From the NCBI GenBank assembly GCA_037441475.1, contig JBBISB010000001.1:306418-338417 (forward strand): a DNA stretch of 32,000 nucleotides, in the 5' to 3' direction. Shown here in pieces: positions 8,602-15,375 of the stretch. The notes under the pieces were generated by a model that was given only the letters and a program-made list of their open reading frames with translations, did no database searches and was not told the origin of the DNA. Numbering within the stretch: position 1 is the first letter of the stretch; each line of letters begins with the position of its first letter. The translations under genes were made by a program, and so were the position numbers. This DNA is from Candidatus Iainarchaeum sp. GTDB taxonomy: Archaea; Iainarchaeota; Iainarchaeia; Iainarchaeales; CSSED10-239.

Positions 8602-8997
8602 CTATTGCCAACTAAAAGTTACTTGTGTTTGTGGAAAATTATAACTTACTGTGTTGTTATAGTAACTGTATGTAGGGTAATAGGTTGTTGGGTAATAAGT
8701 GTATGTAGGGTAATAGGTGTATACAGGGTAGTAAGTACTTACATAGCTTGAGTAAACTGGGTAAGAGGTATATCCTGTGTAAGGATTTATATATCCTGAA
8801 GAGTAGGTGTAATAGTCGTAATAGTTATAGCTATTGTAGTATTGAGCGTTAGGATAATATGGATAGTTGTAGCTTACATAAGAGTAAGAAATATCAATCA
8901 CATCAAATCTTTTTGAAGCATCAACATTTACGGTTGTTAAAACCATTGCTGTTAAAATTATTAAAAAGCCAAAGAAAGTTAATATCTTTTTATTCAT
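8602..8997 (-). CDS. secreted tyrosine-rich low-complexity protein
   Basis: 131 aa. Signal peptide (MNKKILTFFGFLIILTAMVLTTVNVDAS), then about 103 residues with 34 Tyr by hand count and repeats such as YYPTYTYYPTTYYPTYSYY. Co-directional with, and immediately upstream of, the 1034-aa surface protein gene. Confidence 0.7.
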   Translation of the reverse strand: MNKKILTFFGFLIILTAMVLTTVNVDASKRFDVIDISYSYVSYNYPYYPNAQYYNSYNYYDYYTYSSGYINPYTGYTSYPVYSSYVSTYYPVYTYYPTYTYYPTTYYPTYSYYNNTVSYNFPQTQVTFSWQ

Positions 8998-9179
8998 ATA
9001 ATCCCCTCATATTTTTTATATATTTATGAGACAAATAGTTTATAAAGGTTTTTAATTTAATAACTGAACTCAATTATTCTTAACTTCCACTCAAGAAAAC
9101 CACTTTAAAAAGAAAACAAAACTTTTTAAATATTATCTGTTACTATATATATAAAAATTACTTAGGAAAAGATAAAGTT

Positions 9180-9566
9180 ATGGTTGATCAATCACAAAAC
9201 GTTTACCAAGATATTAAGGCCTTACAATCAAGTTTATTGGTTTTAAGACAGAAGCTTAAGTATCTTGTGCATAACGAAAAAATACTTGGAAGAAACATTC
9301 TTGTTTTAAATAAGAAAATTGCATCAAACAATAGCTCTGGTTCACAAGATTCCTTTGCTTCTAGCGAGAAGGTTGAAGCTATCTTTTCAAAGCTTGAAGA
9401 ACTTGAAAGTAGGATGAAAGGGATTGAGTCTAATTTAGAGATGTTTTCAAAAAGATATGCAAGAGCTGAAGACTTAAAGGAAATGAAATATATTGTAGAT
9501 AACATTAATCCTTTAGAGTACACTACTATTGATCAAGTTAAAAAAATTATAAAAGATGAAAAATAA
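9180..9566 (+). CDS. hypothetical coiled-coil protein
   Basis: 128 aa with heptad-like charged sequence. Its stop overlaps the next ATG (TAATG). The antisense ORF 9203..9523 looks like a shadow ORF. Confidence 0.55.
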   Translation: MVDQSQNVYQDIKALQSSLLVLRQKLKYLVHNEKILGRNILVLNKKIASNNSSGSQDSFASSEKVEAIFSKLEELESRMKGIESNLEMFSKRYARAEDLKEMKYIVDNINPLEYTTIDQVKKIIKDEK

Positions 9567-9892
9567 TGTCAGATATTAATAAAAAATGGAATCACACTCA
9601 ATGCCCTCTTGGAAAGCTTAGAGATCGTCTTGAGGATAAAAGAAGAAAAGGCACACTTACTTCTGCAGAAAAAATAACTTTGAATAACCTTACAATTGAT
9701 TTTTTAAAGGATATGATAAAGCTTAACAAAGGAGATACTTATTTTATTGATCAAATGATTACAGAAATTAAAAGAATTGAAAAAGAAAATTTAAAGAATC
9801 AAAATGAAATTAAAGAAAAAAATGAACGTCGCCTTAAAAAAAAAGAAGAAAAACCAAGAGTCAAGCATTTAAGAAAAGGTCCTAAAAAATAA
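9566..9892 (+). CDS. hypothetical highly basic protein
   Basis: 108 aa, K/R/E-rich. Translationally coupled to the upstream ORF by a 1-nt overlap. Confidence 0.5.
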   Translation: MSDINKKWNHTQCPLGKLRDRLEDKRRKGTLTSAEKITLNNLTIDFLKDMIKLNKGDTYFIDQMITEIKRIEKENLKNQNEIKEKNERRLKKKEEKPRVKHLRKGPKK

Positions 9893-9908
9893 AAGTAATT
9901 GATGTAGT

Positions 9909-10247
9909 ATGGATCTTAAAAAACATGATATTTTTTTAAATAAAAAAAAAATAGAAGAAGAAAAAGAAAGACTATTTTTAAGAATAAAAAAGCTTGAAAG
10001 TAAGATTGAAAAGCACAAAGCCTCACCAGTAAAGATTATTGAACATAATACAATTAAAATTGGTCTTTTAAAAGAAGTTATTAAGACATGTACTGATCAA
10101 AAAAAGATAAATCAATCTCTTAGAAAGATTAGAGATTTAAAACTTGAGAGTATAAAAAATAAAGAACATCTTGAAAGAGCTAGAGATGCAAATAAAATTA
10201 AAATAAAAAATCAAAAGAAAATATTAAAAGTTTCTAAAAAAAAATAA
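9909..10247 (+). CDS. hypothetical lysine-rich coiled-coil protein
   Basis: 112 aa. Third co-directional small charged ORF. Composition alone could inflate ORF length in AT-rich DNA. Confidence 0.4.
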   Translation: MDLKKHDIFLNKKKIEEEKERLFLRIKKLESKIEKHKASPVKIIEHNTIKIGLLKEVIKTCTDQKKINQSLRKIRDLKLESIKNKEHLERARDANKIKIKNQKKILKVSKKK

Positions 10248-10250
10248 ATT

Positions 10251-10805
10251 TTATTTAAAACTATTTCTTAAAAACAAATAATATGTACCAATAACAATCA
10301 GTATTAAAAATAACCTAAACAAGAAGCCATGGAAAAAATCAGCTACTTGTAAGCTTAAGGAATCAACTAAAAAGATTGTAAAGGTTATTCTTAAGAGATT
10401 AAAAAGTATAACCACTAAAGAAGATATTAAAACCCATTTTATCTTCTGCCTTACAGAAACACCAATGTTAGCAACAATTGCACTAAAGATTAAAGAAAAT
10501 TCTAATATTCCTGTGCATAAGAAGACTATAGCTATAGGATAGTCAATGGTAGGAACTATTATGAAGGTTGCTTTCTCTATAAAATCATAATAAAAGGTAG
10601 AAGGTATATTATAAAAAATATTTAAAAGGCTACTTGAAAAAGAACCATAAAAATAGTTTATGAAATAATAGATTAATGTCTTTGATAAGATTAAATAGAC
10701 TATTAAAAATGAGATTATAAAATAAGATAAGAAATAAAAAGAATCTTTAACTTTCTTTTTATTTTTAAAATCTTTTTTTAAATTTCTAAAATAGTTTTTA
10801 AGCAT
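10251..10805 (-). CDS. exosortase/archaeosortase family protein (short form)
   Basis: 184 aa polytopic membrane protein. It carries the family's ordered signature: FLCTGILEF (Cys), then FNLLRITF 42 residues later (N-x-x-R), then DFFHGFLFR (His/Arg). Lies 10 nt downstream of S8e on the same strand. Confidence 0.6.
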   Translation of the reverse strand: MLKNYFRNLKKDFKNKKKVKDSFYFLSYFIISFLIVYLILSKTLIYYFINYFYGSFSSSLLNIFYNIPSTFYYDFIEKATFIIVPTIDYPIAIVFLCTGILEFSLIFSAIVANIGVSVRQKIKWVLISSLVVILFNLLRITFTIFLVDSLSLQVADFFHGFLFRLFLILIVIGTYYLFLRNSFK

Positions 10806-10815
10806 ATATTAAAAT

Positions 10816-11211
10816 CTATTTTATTAAAACAGCAGTTACTTGTCCAGTTTGACCTGGTCTTGAAGTTACTTTTGCTTTATGTTCTTTACCGTTTATATCA
10901 ACAATGATAATTGAACCTTTTGTAATTATTTTTTGTCTTACAAACTGTTTATTTGCATTGTTTTCTACAACGTTTAAAACTTTAGCTTTAAAAGTTTTTT
11001 CTTTATCTGAAATTAAAACGTTTGAAGCTTTTGTTATTTTTAATTTAACATTACCGCCTCTTGTTTTTTCAGTATGTTTTTTATCTTTTGCATCAACAGT
11101 GGTTTTTGAAAAAGTTCCACCCTTATCACTTAAGGATTTTGTTTTAGCATTAACAGCATTGTTAATTCCGCCTGTTGCTTTTCTTTTTGATGTTTTAATC
11201 CACTCAACCAT
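10816..11211 (-). CDS. rps8e: 30S ribosomal protein S8e
   Basis: 131 aa. MVEWIKTSKRKATGG N-terminus and ...SRPGQTGQVTAVL C-terminus are typical of S8e. Confidence 0.85.
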   Translation of the reverse strand: MVEWIKTSKRKATGGINNAVNAKTKSLSDKGGTFSKTTVDAKDKKHTEKTRGGNVKLKITKASNVLISDKEKTFKAKVLNVVENNANKQFVRQKIITKGSIIIVDINGKEHKAKVTSRPGQTGQVTAVLIK

Positions 11212-11275
11212 TTTGTGTTCAACTCCTTTTTTAAATATCAGTATATTTTTAAACTAAATTATTTATAATTATAAT

Positions 11276-11788
11276 ATGACAGACTCATTTAAGGTACTAA
11301 AAAAAAGCTATCATATCAAAAATATATATTGCTCTATAGATATTAATAATATAGAAAAATATTTAAAAAGAATTGAAATGCTTGAAAAAGCCATAAAACC
11401 TAAAATCCAGGTGATTTTGGTTCCAGACACCCTTGTTTACAGTGAAAATCAGCTAAAATGGGGTATTTTTATAGGTAAAAACAGGTTTTTGGATAAGCTT
11501 AATATCTCAAAGAAACTATTTACTGAAAGTTTAATGATTCTCTCCCTTACAAACCAAATTAATGGAGTATCTAAAGAATGGTTTTTAAAGGAAGGTAAAA
11601 ATAACTGCTATTTATGTGTTTTAAGTGAAGGGAAAATACCTTTAGACAAAATAAAAAAAGAACTTGAGATAACAGAGATTAAAAAAAAGAAAGTTGATGA
11701 TAAAAGAATAATTAATTTTTATAAAATCAAAGATAAAAAAAATATTGAAGAAGAGATTATTAAAAAAATGGCACTCTCTTTATTTTAG
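11276..11788 (+). CDS. cgi121: KEOPS complex subunit Cgi121
   Basis: 170 aa. Aligns by eye with M. jannaschii Cgi121 as recalled: IQVILVPDTLVYSENQL.., ISKKLFTESLMILSLTNQINGVSK...GKNNCYLCVLSE, and C-terminal ...IIKKMALSLF. Confidence 0.6.
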   Translation: MTDSFKVLKKSYHIKNIYCSIDINNIEKYLKRIEMLEKAIKPKIQVILVPDTLVYSENQLKWGIFIGKNRFLDKLNISKKLFTESLMILSLTNQINGVSKEWFLKEGKNNCYLCVLSEGKIPLDKIKKELEITEIKKKKVDDKRIINFYKIKDKKNIEEEIIKKMALSLF

Positions 11789-11792
11789 AAAA

Positions 11793-12465
11793 TTAAAATT
11801 CTCTTTCAAAAAGATATTTTATTTTTTCTGCTTTCTTCCTGCCAAGCATAGAAACTTTTGTTAAGTCTTCTATCGACGCATTTGAAATATTTTTAATAGA
11901 CTTAAACTCCTTTAAAACTGATTTTGCAAGAGTTGGGCCTACATCAGGAAAAGACTGCATTATAAATAACTGCCAATCAGAACCTGACATTTTTGTTTTT
12001 GAATATCTTAACTTAGAATCATTTCCATTACCATTTGAGATTTGTTCTTTCTTTGCCATTATATAAAGAAAGAGAGCAGTTTCTTTTTGATTTTTTGTAA
12101 AAAAGATTGGCACTCTATAGTTAAGGCCAATAGAGGTTAAAAGACCAATAATTGCCTTACCATTTATTCTTTTACTTGCATAAAGTTTAGAGGCTTCTCC
12201 CTCAACTATTAAGGCAGACCTTTTTATTGCAGAAAGATCTTGTAGTTGAGAAAAAATTCTCCCGTCAATTATTGAGGTTTCTAGATCAGATAAAGTTTTT
12301 CTTTCAATAACAATGTCTTCTGAGATTTGATAGTCTCCTACACTTAATTGTTCCATTAAAAGATTCACCTTTATATCAATTAGAAGAAAGAGAGGAAAGC
12401 TCTGATAAAACAGAAGAGGCATTCTCTCTATGATCACAAATAAGGTTTATTTCTTTGGAAGGCAT
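11793..12465 (-). pseudogene. ERCC4 (XPF/Hef-type) nuclease domain + HhH2, interrupted by a frameshift near the 5' end
   Basis: Frame 1, ATG at 12463-12465: MPSKEINLICDHRENASSVLSELSSLSSN*, stop at 12376-12378, carries the DxRE motif. Frame 2 (ORF 11793..12437, GTG start) carries VGDYQISEDIVIERKTLSDLETSIIDGR, the GDY...ERKxxxD core, and a C-terminal helix-hairpin-helix pair (FPDVGPTLAKSVL...MLGRKKAEKI). Confidence 0.7.
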
Positions 12466-12486
12466 ACTCTTTCACACTATATATTT

Positions 12487-12494
12487 TCTATAAA
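12487..12494 (-). promoter_or_regulatory. TATA box (TTTATAGA) for the nuclease gene; implies a leaderless or near-leaderless transcript
   Basis: Ends 21 nt upstream of the ATG at 12465. This is the same spacing as the TATA box upstream of the 5S rRNA 5' end in this window. Confidence 0.4.
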
Positions 12495-12509
12495 TAATTT
12501 TAAAAAAAA

Positions 12510-12968
12510 TCACAACAACTTATCTCTTAAAAGACCACCGTGATAATAACCAATATACACAGTTTTTCCTTTAAAGTCAATTCTTTCTTTACCATTAAAC
12601 TCCTCAATAAAACCAGAGGTGTCTGAAAAATATTCATAATCATCTTCTCTAAAGATATTAGGACCTCTTAAAGGAAATCTTTTTTCAACATTAAGGAGAG
12701 CTTTCTTTAAGAAAGAATAAACTTCTTTCTCTGAGATTAAATGATCTTTTATCTGGCCATAATAGTTCATGGACCAAATGGCCTTAGAGTCTTTAAAAAT
12801 AATCTCTTGACCTGAAAAAGGATTATGACCGTAATATCTATCTACGTAAGTTAAAGAAGAACTTTCAAAAATTAATTCCTTAGAACCATCTTTGTTAAGC
12901 TTATCTGACATACGAGAAGAGGCATAGGTGTTTTTCTTAGCTTCGATTATAAAGTCTATTAAATCCAT
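12510..12968 (-). CDS. DUF5680-like protein of unknown function
   Basis: 152 aa. FIIEAKKNTYAS...YVDRYYGHNPFSGQEIIF...AIWSMNYYGQI...YYHGG matches my recollection of the DUF5680 family pattern. Starts 19 nt after the helicase stop. Confidence 0.5.
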   Translation of the reverse strand: MDLIDFIIEAKKNTYASSRMSDKLNKDGSKELIFESSSLTYVDRYYGHNPFSGQEIIFKDSKAIWSMNYYGQIKDHLISEKEVYSFLKKALLNVEKRFPLRGPNIFREDDYEYFSDTSGFIEEFNGKERIDFKGKTVYIGYYHGGLLRDKLL

Positions 12969-12987
12969 ACTTAATCACAACTTTTTT

Positions 12988-14574
12988 TTAAAAATCTCCA
13001 ATATTCTTTTGAATCTTTTTTTTTCTTGTTGACTTTTCTAAAGAATCGCTTGTAAAATTTAAAAGGTTTTTTTTCATAACTGATTCTTTCTTTAAAGAAA
13101 CATAATAATAATGTTCATCTATTGTATCTTTGTTTAAAAGCATTACAACCTTACCAGCATTAAACCTACCTGTCCTTCCTCTTCTCTGTATTGCCCTTAT
13201 CTCTGAAGGAACAGCATCGTAAAAGATAACTAAGTCAACAGAAGGAATGTCAAGACCCTCTTCACCAACTGAAGTACATACTAAAACATTGTATACCCCT
13301 TCTCTAAAGTCTTTGATGATTAAAGATTGTTCTTTTTGAGACAATCCTTTATCTTCTTCCTTAGATGCTTGTCCAACAAATCTTGCAGCATTTACTTTAG
13401 GAAGTTCATTTAAAAAGTTTGTAATGTTTTGAGCATTATCTCTAAAGTTATTAAAGATCAATATCTTTGAAGCCTTATTTTCTTTAAAATACTCTTTTAC
13501 AATCTCAAGGATTTCTTTCTCCTTTGAATAAATATCTTTTTTAACATCTAGATTTATAAGAAGCCTATACACCTCTAATATTTCTTTAGAGTTTACAAAC
13601 TGGGAGATGGTTCTTGTAACTTTTGAGCCTTTTGAATCCTTAAATATTTTTTCAAGATAATTTCTTAAAGCCAAATACCCTTGTGTTTCTATAAGCTCCT
13701 TTGCATGATGAGCTTTTAAGGCTAAGGAAACATTTATAAGAGCTACAAAGTTAATTGAGTTTTTAGAAGACTCAAGCCTTTTAAACAACTGCTGCTGAAC
13801 CATTAATATTTGTTTTTTTGTATAGTTTGCAGATATTGAAAGATTAAGTTTTCTTAAAAGATTTATTTTTGTAAAAATAAAATCATCTAAAAGCTTAGAT
13901 ATTTTTTTCGAAAGAGGATCAAGTTCAGTAAAAATAGTTTCAACCTCAACATCTTTAACATAATCAATAACATCTATGTCTTTACTACTCTTAATCTCAA
14001 TGTGCTTTATCTTTAAGTTATTTGACACCTCTTTAATCTTTTGTTTATTATGACCAGGAGATGCTGTTAAAGCTAAACGTTTTATATTTTCAGAAAAGAA
14101 AGAAGATATAGAAACATAAGCATACTCTCCAACAGCTCTATGTGCTTCATCAAAAATAATTAAATTGAAATCATCTTCTTTTAAAAGATTGTTTTTAATA
14201 TCATTATCAATTGTTTGTGGAGTTGCACAGATAATAAGTCCTTTCTCTGAATAGATTGATTTTCTTTTTTCAGAAGGAATCTGTCCTGTTAAAAGAATTA
14301 TTTTTTCAGAAGCAATATTTAAAACTTTTTCTAAAGATTTTTGATGCTGAGCTACCAGTGGCTTTGTGGGTGCCATAAAAATAATTGATTTATCTGGTTT
14401 GTAGATAAACCCAATAAGTAAAACCGCAATAATTGTTTTTCCAAGCCCAGTTGGAGCTACAACTAAAACACTCTCATCTATTGCCTTTGCTGTCAATAGC
14501 TCTTGATACAATCTTTTTTCCACTGTATTTTTTTTTATATGTGGAAAAGAGATGTACTTATCTGTATTTTGCAT
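12988..14574 (-). CDS. hef: Hef/FANCM-type SF2 helicase (helicase portion only)
   Basis: 528 aa. Motif I VVAPTGLGKT, motif II FDEAHRAVG, motif III LALTASPG, motif VI QRRGRTGR. An inserted helical domain lies between the two RecA lobes, as in Hef. Followed in the locus by the ERCC4 nuclease. Confidence 0.8.
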   Translation of the reverse strand: MQNTDKYISFPHIKKNTVEKRLYQELLTAKAIDESVLVVAPTGLGKTIIAVLLIGFIYKPDKSIIFMAPTKPLVAQHQKSLEKVLNIASEKIILLTGQIPSEKRKSIYSEKGLIICATPQTIDNDIKNNLLKEDDFNLIIFDEAHRAVGEYAYVSISSFFSENIKRLALTASPGHNKQKIKEVSNNLKIKHIEIKSSKDIDVIDYVKDVEVETIFTELDPLSKKISKLLDDFIFTKINLLRKLNLSISANYTKKQILMVQQQLFKRLESSKNSINFVALINVSLALKAHHAKELIETQGYLALRNYLEKIFKDSKGSKVTRTISQFVNSKEILEVYRLLINLDVKKDIYSKEKEILEIVKEYFKENKASKILIFNNFRDNAQNITNFLNELPKVNAARFVGQASKEEDKGLSQKEQSLIIKDFREGVYNVLVCTSVGEEGLDIPSVDLVIFYDAVPSEIRAIQRRGRTGRFNAGKVVMLLNKDTIDEHYYYVSLKKESVMKKNLLNFTSDSLEKSTRKKKIQKNIGDF

Positions 14575-14617
14575 ACTATATAATATAGAATAAATAGTTT
14601 ATATATTTATTGAAAGG

Positions 14618-14631
14618 AGAAGACCGAGAAA
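14618..14631. repeat. 14-bp direct repeat copy 1 (AGAAGACCGAGAAA)
   Basis: Exact match to 14910..14923. Relatively GC-rich in an AT-rich spacer. Confidence 0.8.
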
Positions 14632-14909
14632 ATCAATTAAAATGACTATTATTAATTAATTTAACTTCATTACAAATAGATAATAAATGATTAGATAAAA
14701 AGAAATTTCTAGATTTATTAATTAAACAATATAATATTACCTTTACATCTTTTTTTAAATAAGCATTATCTATAAAAATAATTAAATTATCTTTTAAGTC
14801 CATAAATAGTTCATCCAACACCTTGTCCTATTGCAAGAACTTTATAACAGTGTTGGGGCTTATTTATAAATATATGTGTTTAAAAAATATTTAAAAAACT
14901 ATCTAAACT

Positions 14910-14923
14910 AGAAGACCGAGAAA
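14910..14923. repeat. 14-bp direct repeat copy 2 (AGAAGACCGAGAAA)
   Basis: Exact match to 14618..14631. Confidence 0.8.
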
Positions 14924-15036
14924 GAATAAAAATAAAAAGAAAAGAATAAGTTTATTTTCTTTATTTTAAAAAAAAATAAACCTAAACTTTTGTAATGTTA
15001 ATAAAAAAGAAAAGGTTTTAAAGTTTTAAAAAAACC

Positions 15037-15324
15037 TTAACCGAAAAGAGAACCTAAACCTTCAGCAGCTGATTCTTCTGAAACTTCAATTTCTTCTACT
15101 TTTTCTTCTTTCTTAACTTCAGCAACAGGACCTGCAGCAGCTACTGGCATAGATGCTTTTTCTATAGCTTCAGCTACGTTGATATCCTTTAATGAAGCTA
15201 AAAGACCTTTTAATTTACCTTCATCAACTGATATTCCAGCACTTGTTAAAACTGCTTTAACATTTGCATCGTTAATTTCTTTTTTTGCGTTGTGTAATAA
15301 TAAAACTGCATAGATATAATCCAT
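15037..15324 (-). CDS. rpl12: 50S ribosomal stalk protein P1 (aL12)
   Basis: 95 aa. MDYIYAVLLLH N-terminus and conserved stalk C-terminus EESAAEGLGSLFG. Confidence 0.9.
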   Translation of the reverse strand: MDYIYAVLLLHNAKKEINDANVKAVLTSAGISVDEGKLKGLLASLKDINVAEAIEKASMPVAAAGPVAEVKKEEKVEEIEVSEESAAEGLGSLFG

Positions 15325-15375
15325 ACTAATTCACCTCTTATTTATAATTTTTTTATTTAAAAGAAAAAAGGAAAA

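Noticed and set aside
9203-9523. Minus-strand 106-aa ORF antisense to the 128-aa coiled-coil ORF
   Set aside because: The plus-strand frame has the better start context and is translationally coupled to the next ORF. The minus translation is S/F/L-rich antisense-type sequence. The choice is not certain.
10904-11257. Plus-strand 117-aa ORF antisense to rps8e
   Set aside because: S8e on the minus strand is clearly identified, so this is a shadow ORF.
14633-14821. 62-aa ORF from the track (GTG start; ATG at 14803) in the rpl12-hef spacer
   Set aside because: Not accepted as a supported gene. It has no recognisable motif, an AT-driven composition and a non-ATG start. It is kept only as part of the direct-repeat-bracketed cassette finding.
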